Positions 1 through 10,338 of a stretch of 64,000 nucleotides of DNA are shown one piece after another. The stretch's first letter is position 1, and each line of letters begins with the position of its first letter. The stretch covers positions 11,992 to 75,991 of the forward strand of contig JBMTQW010000001.1 in the NCBI GenBank assembly GCA_049446615.1. The letters are read 5' to 3'. Source of the DNA: Flavobacteriaceae bacterium (lineage in GTDB: Bacteria; Bacteroidota; Bacteroidia; Flavobacteriales; Flavobacteriaceae). A model generated the notes under the pieces. That model was given only the letters and a program-made list of their open reading frames with translations, was not told the DNA's origin and did no database searches. A program made the translations under genes and the position numbers.

Positions 1-1490
1 ACATCTTCACCAAAGACAAAGAGCGTATCGTATTTCTTAAATAAAGCCTCAAAATTATCTCGAAGTATAATCCGTCCATCAACTGAAGTACTACTGTCAT
101 CGAAATGAGGCGGTATTGCTTTGAACTGCAATAGCGCTTCTTTTTCTACAGAATAGAGCTGTGTCGAAATTTTTTCATTTAACTCCTCATTCAAAGTGTT
201 AAACCAAGTTTTGAATTCTTTTAATGGCGAATACCCTTGTTGGCTTATTCGCATGTTTATTTGACGCGCAGTAGATATAATGTCTCGATAACCCAGTTCT
301 TGTACTTGCTGTAATTGAGAAAGCAAATATTGAACCTGAGGATCGTTATGGGTGTGTTTTTTTAAGATCTTCGAAAAGTCTAGAAGATTATTTCGTTGTT
401 TTTCAATGGGTTTTTGATAGGAATCCCAAGAATTTCTTCTAGCTATGCGTGCTTGTTGTGCAGCCTCTTTTTCTATTTTAGCCAAGGTTGATTCATCTGA
501 AATGCCTTCTGATATAATCCAATCGCGCATTTTTAAATTGCAATCGTATTCTTTTTCCCATGCTAAACGCTCATTGGATTTATAGCGTTCATGTGAACCC
601 GAAGAAGAATGACCGAGGGGTTGAGTAAGCTCATTAACATGGATTAATACAGGAATATGTTCTTCACGGGCTAAGGATGCGGCTTTTTCATAAGCAGTAA
701 TTAAGCGTAAATAATCCCATCCGGGTACAGTTATAATTTCAAATCCCTTTTGAGTGGCTGTTCGCTGAAAGCCTTCCAAGGCTAGTGATATACTTTCTTT
801 TGTAGTTTGTTCATCATTCGCTACAGAAATGCCATAGCCATCGTCCCATACACTAACCACCATGGGAACTTGCATGACCCCCGCGGCGTTTATAGTTTCA
901 AAAAACATTCCCTCGCTAGTACTTGCATTTCCAATGGTACCCCAGGCAATTTCATTGCCTTTATGTGAAAATAAGGTTGCATTTTTTGTTGAATATTCCC
1001 TATAAATTTTCGAAGCCTGGGCAAGTCCTAACAATCTAGGCATCTGACCTGCAGTAGGGGATATGTCCCCACTGTGATTGTACTGATCAACAAGGGGAAT
1101 CCAGTTTCCTTTTTCATCTTTAATAGGGGTCACAAAATGCCCTCCCATTTGCCGTCCACCCGACATGGGTTCTCGGGTTTTGTCTAAATCAGCATAGAGC
1201 GCAGCAAAAATATTTTCGACCGTGAGAAGTCCTTGGGCCATCAATAAGGTTTGGTCTCGGTAGTATCCGGCTCTAAAATCTCCTTTTTTAAAGAAGTGGT
1301 TCATCGCCAATTGGGGGACTTCTTTACCATCGCCAAAAATTCCGAATTTTCCCTTACCTGACAACACCTCACGTCTGCCTATGATACTGCATTCACGACT
1401 TAAAACGGCAATCTTATAGTCGCTAAGCACACGTTCTTTAAACGTATCAAAGCTGATGTTTATCGATTCTTCTTGGTTATGAAAATTCAT
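1..1490 (-). CDS. TPP-dependent 2-oxoacid dehydrogenase E1 component, fused alpha/beta type (5' part only; continues past window start)
   Basis: Not in the ORF track because it is open at the window edge. Hand translation from ATG (complement of 1488..1490) is stop-free to base 1: MNFHNQEESINISFDTFKERVLSDYKIAVLSRECSIIGRREVLSGKGKFGIFGDGKEVPQLAM...GNASTSEGMFFETINAAGVMQVPMVVSVWDDGYGISV...LFVFGEDV. This reads as an E1-alpha TPP fold running into the start of a transketolase-like beta domain. Confidence 0.7.
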   Translation of the reverse strand, partial: MNFHNQEESINISFDTFKERVLSDYKIAVLSRECSIIGRREVLSGKGKFGIFGDGKEVPQLAMNHFFKKGDFRAGYYRDQTLLMAQGLLTVENIFAALYADLDKTREPMSGGRQMGGHFVTPIKDEKGNWIPLVDQYNHSGDISPTAGQMPRLLGLAQASKIYREYSTKNATLFSHKGNEIAWGTIGNASTSEGMFFETINAAGVMQVPMVVSVWDDGYGISVANDEQTTKESISLALEGFQRTATQKGFEIITVPGWDYLRLITAYEKAASLAREEHIPVLIHVNELTQPLGHSSSGSHERYKSNERLAWEKEYDCNLKMRDWIISEGISDESTLAKIEKEAAQQARIARRNSWDSYQKPIEKQRNNLLDFSKILKKHTHNDPQVQYLLSQLQQVQELGYRDIISTARQINMRISQQGYSPLKEFKTWFNTLNEELNEKISTQLYSVEKEALLQFKAIPPHFDDSSTSVDGRIILRDNFEALFKKYDTLFVFGED

Positions 1491-1564
1491 ATGGCTGGAC
1501 GAAAATACAAAAAAAAATACGGTAGCTTAGAATTGGGTTTCAAGCGTATTTCTAACCCATTAAT

Positions 1565-4393
1565 TTAAAACCATTTACGGGTAAATAAACTGCTAATGGT
1601 ATTGAGTCGTGGAGTAAAAATAAATCGAATTTTAGTGGCATAGCGAGATTGAACGGGTTCAAAACCATTTGATGAATAGAGCGGAAAAAAGATTTCAAAA
1701 TAATCAGGTACAAGATTAAATTTTACTCCTGAATCAAAGTAGCCTACCGCATTTCTGTTTTGGTTTTTTAACATTCCGACATCTCCATAGAGTTCAACCC
1801 ATTTCCAAAGTCCTATTGCACCATTAACCGAAACCATATAATCATTCGCAGAGGATTCATCAAAAAAGGCTTTAAACCCTCCCTCAGCAGGAATAAATTG
1901 TTGACTGTATATGCCCGAATCCTCAGATCGGCCTAAATAATCATAACGGAAGAGGTAGTCAGAAGATCGATTTAGGTTAAAATCAAAAAATTGAGTTTCT
2001 GTAGTATTGTGCCATAAAAACTTACCAGCAAAAAAACGCAGCGAGAGTTGACGTCCGCTTCGAAAGAGCTTACGGTACTGACTACTAAAGTATATTTTAC
2101 CAAAATTTCCGGCGATTTCTACATTAGAATTTGTAGAAAAGGTATTTACTGCATCGCTGTTTTCATACCGATGTAATAGGTTTAAAACGCTGTAATCTGG
2201 GTTTACTTCAATGTCTGGATTACGATCGCGTAATACATTATACCAAGAGATATTCAACAATTGCCTTTTGTTTGACTGAAGATCAAGGGGACGAAAGTAC
2301 ATTGAGAATGAGGGTTGAATTGAAGTATACCTCAGGTTGGTATTGTAATGGTAGCTTTTTCCTGTTAAAAAAACTTGATTGAGGTAATTCTTGCTTTTGT
2401 GATTAATGAATCGATAGCGGGTTCGGAAAAAACCCACCCACGCACTTTCTTTAATGGAATATTGAGGGTGTAAATCCAATTCAAAAGGTTGATTTTTTAC
2501 ACGGGTATTGTAAATGCGCATCCCGGCTGTAAAACCATCATAAGCATTAAAATCAGATATGGGATGATAAAAAATTTGATTTCGTTTCAAATTTTCACTG
2601 TCTCCGTAAAAAGTAAATTGAAAAGGTTTTAATCCGGTTGAGGATTGCAGGTATTTCCAGTTGTTTAAATGGTTTTTATCGGGTAAATATTCATTTGAAT
2701 TGATCGCTACAAAATCAATTTCTTTGTTGGGAATAGTAATGATTGTGTCTTTTCCAGAGAATTCAATCCATTGTTCTGAAATGAGCTTGTCCTTTTGAAT
2801 TAAATCCAGTTTGTAGGGAACCGGTTTATTGTTTTTCTCACTTATTGTAACTTCAATTTGGGTAGGTTTTTTGGTAATTTTCTTAATGTACAAATCATGC
2901 GCTTCTCGGTCGGAGAGGTAAGTTGTAAAAAACCAATCAAGATTTTTTTCTGTAAACGAAGCAAATGCATTTCGAAGTTCTTTTTCTCCTCGGTGTTGTG
3001 CATAATCAAGAAGAGCCTTTTTCATGGTTTCTTCATCTAAATAGGCATCTAAATAATAAAACCCACTCCCCACGTGATAGGGTGAGGCATAAAGCTCATT
3101 TGATTTGGTTAACTTTTCTTTTCCAAGGGTATCGGCTTGTTGTCGGTTTGCATGTTCGCTAAATTCGTAGATAAAGGAAAAGCTTTCGTTATAGCCAATT
3201 TGGGCTGCACTGTAGTTTTTAAATGGACGTATTCCCAATACTGAAAAGGATTGCAATTCTCCTAAAAATTTGGAATCAGGGTAGTAGGTGTCCACATACT
3301 TCATGAGTATATAGGTTTGTAATCCTCCTGGAATCCAATGGTTTTTGCGTTTGTCAATAACCAATAATTCATTTAAATAAGAGGCCAGATAGGCTTTTAA
3401 AAATTTGGTTTCATAAATAAATTCGTCAGGAAAGGGATCTAAAAACGAAAGTGCTTCACTTATTCCCACAATGGGATTACGGGTGTAATCCTTTTTTAAA
3501 ACCATTATTTTTTCACTTGGAATAGCACTTAAATATTGTTTTACAAAGGCATCAATTCGGTTTATTGAGGCGGCTATATCTACCGATGAATTTTTGTTTG
3601 GAAGAATATCAGTAACAATGGAAAAAGCCTCTGATGTTTGAATTTTTTGGAAAGTATTTTCAAGTTGGAAAACAAATTCAGGACAACTCAATTCACTTGC
3701 GGTAAAGGTTTCTGTTTTTACTACGTCAGAAGGCTTATTCTCTATACGTTGAGCCTTTAAGTTGGTTTGAAGCGAATACGCTTTAGGAAAGGTAAATTGA
3801 ATTTTAAACTGACTGGGTAAAGTGCTATTATCACGAAACCCAAGATTACTGTGTAAAAGCCATTCATTGTCAAAGCGAGGGGCAAGGGTTATAAAAGTAT
3901 CTCTCAATAAAAAACTCTTATCCGATTGAATCCCTATGCCGGTAAAGGTATCATCGGGTATTTTTATTTCATACTCAAGGAAAATAGTAATGGAGGCTTG
4001 TGGAGCTAAGGGTTTTTCTAAACTGACGTTGAGTACATCAATTTGATTGTCGAGTCGGGTGCGTAACAATTCATTTGAATTCGATCTTAAGGATCGGATT
4101 TGGGTATAGCCTAATTTGCTTTTAGAGCGCAAATAAAAGCTTCGATTAAATTGATTTGCCAAATGATCGGCTAGGGGAGAAGGGGCTCCTTGATAGGCGT
4201 TAGACCAATCGTAAAGATAAATAGAAGATAAGGGTTGGTTTGTGGTATTTGTAAATTGAATGGTTTGCGAAACTGTTATTGAAGCCGCGTTGGGCTCAAG
4301 TACGGCTTCAATTGTATATTGGGTTTGCCCCCAAACAGGCAGTTGGAAGAATAGTCCCATTACCAAAAGAGTACTAAAAAACCGTTTGACCAT
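1565..4393 (-). CDS. Large secreted/outer-membrane protein. The N-terminal region resembles an M1-aminopeptidase-like fold but has no HEXXH; the C-terminal part looks beta-barrel-like.
   Basis: 942-aa ORF with a signal peptide (MVKRFFSTLLVMGLFFQLPVWGQ). No HExxH motif occurs anywhere in the protein. The C-terminal third is rich in alternating aromatic/hydrophobic residues and ends in ...TRKWF, a terminal Phe typical of OM barrels. It lies 5 nt downstream of the LOG gene. Confidence 0.45.
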   Translation of the reverse strand: MVKRFFSTLLVMGLFFQLPVWGQTQYTIEAVLEPNAASITVSQTIQFTNTTNQPLSSIYLYDWSNAYQGAPSPLADHLANQFNRSFYLRSKSKLGYTQIRSLRSNSNELLRTRLDNQIDVLNVSLEKPLAPQASITIFLEYEIKIPDDTFTGIGIQSDKSFLLRDTFITLAPRFDNEWLLHSNLGFRDNSTLPSQFKIQFTFPKAYSLQTNLKAQRIENKPSDVVKTETFTASELSCPEFVFQLENTFQKIQTSEAFSIVTDILPNKNSSVDIAASINRIDAFVKQYLSAIPSEKIMVLKKDYTRNPIVGISEALSFLDPFPDEFIYETKFLKAYLASYLNELLVIDKRKNHWIPGGLQTYILMKYVDTYYPDSKFLGELQSFSVLGIRPFKNYSAAQIGYNESFSFIYEFSEHANRQQADTLGKEKLTKSNELYASPYHVGSGFYYLDAYLDEETMKKALLDYAQHRGEKELRNAFASFTEKNLDWFFTTYLSDREAHDLYIKKITKKPTQIEVTISEKNNKPVPYKLDLIQKDKLISEQWIEFSGKDTIITIPNKEIDFVAINSNEYLPDKNHLNNWKYLQSSTGLKPFQFTFYGDSENLKRNQIFYHPISDFNAYDGFTAGMRIYNTRVKNQPFELDLHPQYSIKESAWVGFFRTRYRFINHKSKNYLNQVFLTGKSYHYNTNLRYTSIQPSFSMYFRPLDLQSNKRQLLNISWYNVLRDRNPDIEVNPDYSVLNLLHRYENSDAVNTFSTNSNVEIAGNFGKIYFSSQYRKLFRSGRQLSLRFFAGKFLWHNTTETQFFDFNLNRSSDYLFRYDYLGRSEDSGIYSQQFIPAEGGFKAFFDESSANDYMVSVNGAIGLWKWVELYGDVGMLKNQNRNAVGYFDSGVKFNLVPDYFEIFFPLYSSNGFEPVQSRYATKIRFIFTPRLNTISSLFTRKWF

Positions 4394-4398
4394 TAGGG

Positions 4399-5082
4399 TT
4401 AGAAATTAGGTACAAAGTTATCTTTTTCATAAAAACGGTTGAGACATTCCATAACTTCTTCCGTTGTATCTACTAGAGTGAATAAATCGAGGTCTTCAGG
4501 ACTGATGTTTTTTTCTGCAAGAACGGTGTTTTTAATCCAATCGGTTAGGCCCGTCCAATAGGAACGTCCAACCAAAATTATAGGGAATTTTATTGTTTTT
4601 TCGGTTTGAATAAGGGTATAGGCTTCAAATAGTTCGTCTAAAGTACCTACCCCTCCAGGCATTACAATAAATCCTTGGGCATATTTAACAAACATGACCT
4701 TACGAACAAAAAAATACTTAAAGTCTATTAGTTTATCTTGGTCTATATAAGGATTGCTTTTTTGCTCAAAAGGAAGTTTAATGTTTAGACCCACAGATAC
4801 GCCCCCTGCTTTTTGTGCTCCACGGTTAGCCGCTTCCATTATGCCCGGCCCACCGCCACTTATAACACCATAACCCGATCGAGCTACAGCTTCTGCAATT
4901 TCAATAGTTTGTTGGTAAACGGGATGATCTTCAGGAGTTCTTGCAGATCCAAAAATGGAAATACAAGGCCCAAAAGCGCTCATTCTTTCATATCCCTCTA
5001 CAAACTCACTCATAATTTTGAACAACGCCCATGAGTCATTTGTTTTTATTTCATTCCAATTTTTCATTTCAACTTCATTCAT
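4399..5082 (-). CDS. LOG family protein (TIGR00730 Rossmann fold; nucleotide 5'-monophosphate nucleosidase / cytokinin riboside phosphoribohydrolase-like)
   Basis: Motifs GGGPGIMEAANRGA and PGGVGTLDELFE. The start codon overlaps the uvrA stop by 1 nt (TAATG at 5080..5084). Confidence 0.85.
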   Translation of the reverse strand: MNEVEMKNWNEIKTNDSWALFKIMSEFVEGYERMSAFGPCISIFGSARTPEDHPVYQQTIEIAEAVARSGYGVISGGGPGIMEAANRGAQKAGGVSVGLNIKLPFEQKSNPYIDQDKLIDFKYFFVRKVMFVKYAQGFIVMPGGVGTLDELFEAYTLIQTEKTIKFPIILVGRSYWTGLTDWIKNTVLAEKNISPEDLDLFTLVDTTEEVMECLNRFYEKDNFVPNF

Positions 5083-7943
5083 TATACTGTTGCTTTTTTA
5101 TACGATTTGAGTTCTAATTTTAAAAATTCTGCGGTGTAGCCTTTTCCTTGGGCAACTATTTCTTCAGGGGTACCACTACAAACCAATTCACCGCCATAGC
5201 GTCCGCCATTGGGTCCAATATCGATTATATGATCAACTTGTTTGATTACATCCATATTGTGTTCAATAATGATGACGGTATTTCCTTTGTCAACCAATCG
5301 ATTTAAAACGTCCAATAGAACACGAATGTCTTCAAAATGAAGCCCCGTAGTTGGTTCATCTAATATATAAAGGGTTTTTCCTGTATCGATTTTAGACAAT
5401 TCACTGGCCAATTTAATGCGTTGTGCTTCGCCTCCAGAAAGAGTGGTTGAAGATTGACCAAGAGTAATATAGCCTAAACCTACTTCTTGGATCATTTTTA
5501 ATTTTCGGTAAATTTTTGGGACTGCTTCAAAAAAAGTACAGGCTTCATTTATTGACATTTCGAGTATATCTGAAATGGATTTTCCCTTGTACCGAATTTC
5601 GAGTGTTTCTCTGTTAAATCGTTTTCCGTTACACCCTTCACATTCCACGTAAACATCAGGTAAAAAATTCATTTCAATTACCTTCATTCCTCCGCCTTGG
5701 CAGGTTTCGCATCGCCCTCCTACCACGTTAAAGCTAAATCGCCCCGGTTTATAGCCGCGTATCTGGGCTTCAGGCGTCCGTGTAAAAAGAGTTCGGATCT
5801 CACTAAAAACCCCACAATAAGTCGCCGGATTACTCCTGGGTGTTCGTCCAATTGGACTTTGATTGATCTCAATTACTTTATCAATATACTTTAACCCTTT
5901 GATCGATTTATAGGGAAGGGGTTCTTGTACCCCTTTAAATATGTGATGGTTTAAAATAGGGTAGAGTGTTTCATTGATTAAGGTAGATTTGCCACTTCCG
6001 GAAACTCCAGTTACACCAATCATCACCCCCAAGGGAAAATCAACAGTAATATTTTTTAAATTATTTCCGGTACTCCCTTTGAGTTGTAACACATTTCCAT
6101 TTCCCTTACGTCGTGTTGACGGAACTCCAATTTCTATGGCTCCCGATAGGTATTGTGCAGTTACTGTAGATCCTTCATTAAGAATTTCAGCAGGATTCCC
6201 TTCTGAAATAATTTGACCTCCATTCTTACCTGCTTTGGGCCCCATGTCAATTAAATGATCCGCATGGAGCATCATGTCTTTATCGTGTTCAACTACAATA
6301 ACAGAATTTCCAATATCTCTAAGGGTTAATAAGGATTGAATCAACCGATTATTGTCACGTTGATGCAACCCAATGCTCGGTTCGTCTAAAATGTAAAGAA
6401 CTCCTACCAACTGAGAGCCAATTTGGGTAGCTAAACGAATGCGCTGTGCTTCTCCACCTGATAAGGATTTTGAAGAACGGTTTAATTGCAAATAATCCAA
6501 GCCAACATCAAGTAAAAACTGCAATCGAGTTGCAATTTCTTTAATGATTTCAACCGCGATTAAGTTCTCATTTTCCGTTAAATGTTTTGGCAATTGAATA
6601 ATCCATTCGTGTAAGTCTTTTAAATCCATAGTCACGAGATCAGCAATGGTATTGTCTAAAATTTTAAAGTGTAATGCTTCTTTTTTTAATCGGGTTCCGG
6701 CACAGCTATCGCAAGAGGTGCTATCCATAAAAGAGGATGCCCAACGGCGAATTCCACTGGTGCCTGCTTCTTCATAACTTGAGGCAATGTAATTTTCTAG
6801 TCCCTCAAAATCTATTTTATACGTTCGTGTTAGCCCAAGTGTGGTTGACTCAATTTGAAATTTTTCGGTGCTGCCTTTTAAAATTACCTCTATTCCCTTT
6901 GCTGGAATTTTCTCAATAGGATCTTGCAGTGAAAAGGAATAACATTTGGCTATGGTTTCAATTTGTTTATACGTCCAGCTTTTTTTATTTGTACCTAGAG
7001 GCGCTAATCCACCCTGAGAAATAGACAAACGTTCGTCTGGAATAACTTTAGACAGGTTTACTTTATGTTGTATTCCTAACCCCTTACAGTCTGGACACAT
7101 GCCCTTAGGTGAATTGAATGAAAATGTATTTGGTTCGGGAAGCGGGTAGGAGATGCCTGTGCTAGGACACATTAAATTTCGGCTAAAATATCGTGTAGCC
7201 TCACTTTCTAAATCTATGATTAGTAAAACCCCTTGTCCATAGTGCATTGCTGTTGCAACCGAGTCAGTTAACCGCTTTTCTGTTTCCGACTCCTTTTTTA
7301 AAGTAAAACGATCAATCACCAATTCAATGTCATGGGTTTTATAACGGTCTACTTTCATTCCCGGGGTGATATTCAAAATTTCTCCATCAACCCTCACTTT
7401 TGTGAACCCTTGTCGTGAAAGCGTTTCAAACAACTCTCGATAATGTCCTTTTCGTGCTTGGATCAAAGGGGCTAACAAGCCAATCTTTTTTTCGTTAAAA
7501 TGCGAGAGCACCAATTGCAATATTTGCTCATCGGTATAACTAACCATTTTTTCTTGAGTCAGGTAGCTGTAAGCTGAACCTACTCTAGCAAAAAGCAATC
7601 GAAAAAAATCGTAAAGTTCTGTTATGGTACCCACGGTTGAACGTGGACTTTTGGAAGTGGTTTTTTGTTCAATGGCTATTACAGGGGATAACCCGTCAAT
7701 TTTATCAACATCAGGACGCTCAAGATTACCCAAAAACTGTCGGATGTAAGCAGAAAAAGTTTCCATATAACGCCGTTGACCCTCGGCATATAACGTATCA
7801 AAAGCCAAGGAAGATTTTCCACTTCCTGATAATCCTGTAATTACAACTAATTTTTCTCTAGGTATGGTAACATTGATGTTTTTTAAGTTGTGTTCCCGAG
7901 CGCCTTCAACAACAATGTAATTTTCTCCCTTATGCATAGCCAT
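5082..7943 (-). CDS. uvrA: Excinuclease ABC subunit A
   Basis: 953 aa. Two Walker A sites (GLSGSGKSSLAFDTLYAEGQRRY, GVSGSGKSTLINETL), two ABC signatures (LSGGEAQRIRLA, LSGGEAQRIKLA) and zinc-finger Cys pairs. Confidence 0.97.
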   Translation of the reverse strand: MAMHKGENYIVVEGAREHNLKNINVTIPREKLVVITGLSGSGKSSLAFDTLYAEGQRRYMETFSAYIRQFLGNLERPDVDKIDGLSPVIAIEQKTTSKSPRSTVGTITELYDFFRLLFARVGSAYSYLTQEKMVSYTDEQILQLVLSHFNEKKIGLLAPLIQARKGHYRELFETLSRQGFTKVRVDGEILNITPGMKVDRYKTHDIELVIDRFTLKKESETEKRLTDSVATAMHYGQGVLLIIDLESEATRYFSRNLMCPSTGISYPLPEPNTFSFNSPKGMCPDCKGLGIQHKVNLSKVIPDERLSISQGGLAPLGTNKKSWTYKQIETIAKCYSFSLQDPIEKIPAKGIEVILKGSTEKFQIESTTLGLTRTYKIDFEGLENYIASSYEEAGTSGIRRWASSFMDSTSCDSCAGTRLKKEALHFKILDNTIADLVTMDLKDLHEWIIQLPKHLTENENLIAVEIIKEIATRLQFLLDVGLDYLQLNRSSKSLSGGEAQRIRLATQIGSQLVGVLYILDEPSIGLHQRDNNRLIQSLLTLRDIGNSVIVVEHDKDMMLHADHLIDMGPKAGKNGGQIISEGNPAEILNEGSTVTAQYLSGAIEIGVPSTRRKGNGNVLQLKGSTGNNLKNITVDFPLGVMIGVTGVSGSGKSTLINETLYPILNHHIFKGVQEPLPYKSIKGLKYIDKVIEINQSPIGRTPRSNPATYCGVFSEIRTLFTRTPEAQIRGYKPGRFSFNVVGGRCETCQGGGMKVIEMNFLPDVYVECEGCNGKRFNRETLEIRYKGKSISDILEMSINEACTFFEAVPKIYRKLKMIQEVGLGYITLGQSSTTLSGGEAQRIKLASELSKIDTGKTLYILDEPTTGLHFEDIRVLLDVLNRLVDKGNTVIIIEHNMDVIKQVDHIIDIGPNGGRYGGELVCSGTPEEIVAQGKGYTAEFLKLELKSYKKATV

Positions 7944-7992
7944 AGCTTACAAAAGTATAATTTCTGACGCAGAGTTTGTTCTAAATTGGTAT

Positions 7993-9693
7993 TTAATACA
8001 AGGAAACGGCTTTATCGTCACCCCTCGGATCAGCTCCGGTTTGAATTGTGCCGTCTTCTGCAATATGAATAGCATCAACACGACCAATGATACGTGTATA
8101 TTCCTCCTTTATATCGTACCCCTTTTCTTGCAATTTTAAAATAAACTCTTTCTCAAAACGGTTTGGCTCAAAGACAACAACATCGGGAAGCCATTGATGA
8201 TGAAAACGAGGTGCAGAAACCGCCGTTTGAATATCCATCTCAAATTCATAAACATTCAAAATGGTTTGTAATACCGAGGTGATAATAGTAGACCCCCCTG
8301 GCGTTCCAACAATCATGGATAAAGCTCCATTTTTTTCAACTATAGTGGGAGTCATCGCACTAAGCATTCGTTTTTGAGGAGCAATAGCATTCGCTTCCCC
8401 ACCAATAAGGCCAAACATATTCGGAACCCCTGGTTTACTGCTAAAATCATCCATTTCATTGTTTAGAAAATAGCCTCCCGACTCTACATATACCTTAGAG
8501 CCGTAACTGCCATTTAATGTTGTTGTTACTGCAACGGCATTGCCTAAAGCATCCAGAATAGAATAATGAGTCGTTTCTTCACTTTCTTCCCAAACGACAG
8601 TTCCTGGTGCGATATCAGTAGATTTTGTAGCTTGATCAAAGCTAAAACTCTCCATTCTTTCCTTTAAGTAAGAAACATCGAGCAATTCTGCTGTAGGAAT
8701 GGAAACAAAATCAGGATCACCTAGATATAGACTTCTATCAGCATAGGATCGACGTTCAGCCTCTACCATAATTTGAACAGCTTCTTGTGCATTTTGATCG
8801 TATTGTCCAATGTCATAGGGTTCAATCATTTTCATAATTTGACCCAAACAAATTCCTCCACTTGATGGTGGAGCCATGGTGTAAAGATCAAGGTCTTTGT
8901 ATTTAAAGTGAATGGGCTCACGCCAAACCGGTTCGTATTGAATTAAATCTTGATGGGTTATGATTCCTCCCGTTTCCTGAACACGTGCTACTAGAGCATC
9001 GGCATTTTCACCCTCGTAAAAACCCGCTTTACCAAATTTGGCTATGCGTTCTAAAGTTTCTGCAAGGGCTAAATTTTTCACCCGATCCCCCGCTTTATAT
9101 TCCTGTGCATAAAACGTTTCGGGTCCGTTAACCGCCGAAAATTTTTCAATATTACTTTCAAAACTTCGGGCTTGTTTTTCGGTTACCACATATCCATTAC
9201 GTGCTAGGTCTATTGCCGGTTGAACTAATTCTTGCCAAGGGAGGGTTCCAAATTTTTGATGAATCGCGAATAGTCCTGCTACCGTTCCAGGAACACCCAC
9301 AGCAAGTCCACCAAGAGTACTTTTATCAGGGATTACATTTCCTTTTTCATCAAGATACATGGTAGCCGATGCACCTAATGGGGCCTTTTCGCGATAATCC
9401 AAACTTCCTACTTCACCTTGTGCTGTTCGATAGACAAAAAATCCACCTCCCGATATATTTCCGGCATTGGGATAACAAACGGTAAGCGCTAAATCAGTGG
9501 CGATCATGGCATCAAAAGCGGTTCCGCCTTTTGCTAAAATTGCAACTCCTATAGCTGAAGCCTCTTCTCTTGCACTTACAACAGTAGCTTTTATCGGCTT
9601 TGGAGGCGCACAAGAGTGAAAGAAAATAAAAAGGATGAACGTTCCTAGAAGTGAGGAATACTTAGCTTGGGGAAAAGAAAAAAAAGCATGCAT
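7993..9693 (-). CDS. ggt: Gamma-glutamyltransferase (lipoprotein-type signal)
   Basis: 566 aa. Autoprocessing/nucleophile Thr context EETTHYSILD, GGT-like N-terminal region (AILAKGGTAFDA) and lipobox FFHSC. Confidence 0.9.
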   Translation of the reverse strand: MHAFFSFPQAKYSSLLGTFILFIFFHSCAPPKPIKATVVSAREEASAIGVAILAKGGTAFDAMIATDLALTVCYPNAGNISGGGFFVYRTAQGEVGSLDYREKAPLGASATMYLDEKGNVIPDKSTLGGLAVGVPGTVAGLFAIHQKFGTLPWQELVQPAIDLARNGYVVTEKQARSFESNIEKFSAVNGPETFYAQEYKAGDRVKNLALAETLERIAKFGKAGFYEGENADALVARVQETGGIITHQDLIQYEPVWREPIHFKYKDLDLYTMAPPSSGGICLGQIMKMIEPYDIGQYDQNAQEAVQIMVEAERRSYADRSLYLGDPDFVSIPTAELLDVSYLKERMESFSFDQATKSTDIAPGTVVWEESEETTHYSILDALGNAVAVTTTLNGSYGSKVYVESGGYFLNNEMDDFSSKPGVPNMFGLIGGEANAIAPQKRMLSAMTPTIVEKNGALSMIVGTPGGSTIITSVLQTILNVYEFEMDIQTAVSAPRFHHQWLPDVVVFEPNRFEKEFILKLQEKGYDIKEEYTRIIGRVDAIHIAEDGTIQTGADPRGDDKAVSLY

Positions 9694-9695
9694 AT

Positions 9696-10286
9696 TTATG
9701 ACTTTAAGTTTTTATGTTGTGAAGTTGAAAAGGAAATAACATCTTCCATAAAGGAAAAAAAATGTTCGCCAAAATAATTATAATTTTCTTCTAAAGAAAC
9801 TACAGAAGAAAACAATTTGGAGGGATTGGTGGTTCGGCGATCCATTTGGATTAATATTTCTTGTAATCCTGTTATGGTTTGATAATAGGAAAACCAGTCA
9901 TACCGGATTAAGGCAGAGACAAAGTCTAACGAACGGGAAGGAAAATCTACTGACTTTTCTTTTAATATTGAATAAAACGAAACCGAAAATTCAGCTAAAG
10001 GGATAGGGTGGTAACGCTTCCAATGAAGGGCTAAGAAATGATCAAAATACATGTCTATAATTACCCCGCTGTAGTGTCGGTATTGAGGGAAAAGAAATTT
10101 TCTACATTCACGAACTCTGGGATGTGTATCAGTAAATATATCAATCTTCCGATGGAGATGAATCCCCCTTTGAATTGGCTTTGGATATCCTTGAATTTCC
10201 TTTCCTTTTACGCGATCTGCAATAAGATTTCCAATGGCCAAATCCATATCTTCTCCTGATAAATATACATGGGCCAAAAAGTTCAT
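9696..10286 (-). CDS. acpH: Acyl carrier protein phosphodiesterase
   Basis: 196 aa. The characteristic N-terminus MNFLAHVYLSG and the length fit the AcpH family. Confidence 0.8.
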   Translation of the reverse strand: MNFLAHVYLSGEDMDLAIGNLIADRVKGKEIQGYPKPIQRGIHLHRKIDIFTDTHPRVRECRKFLFPQYRHYSGVIIDMYFDHFLALHWKRYHPIPLAEFSVSFYSILKEKSVDFPSRSLDFVSALIRYDWFSYYQTITGLQEILIQMDRRTTNPSKLFSSVVSLEENYNYFGEHFFSFMEDVISFSTSQHKNLKS

Positions 10287-10338
10287 ATATTAAAAATATG
10301 ATTAATTATCAATAAACATTAAACCTTAAATTTTTTAA

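Noticed and set aside
1535-1558. A GGGTT/AACCC hairpin downstream of the 942-aa gene, considered as a possible terminator.
   Set aside because: The stem is only 5 bp with a 14-nt loop, and the T-run is about 20 nt away from the stem. This is too weak to call.
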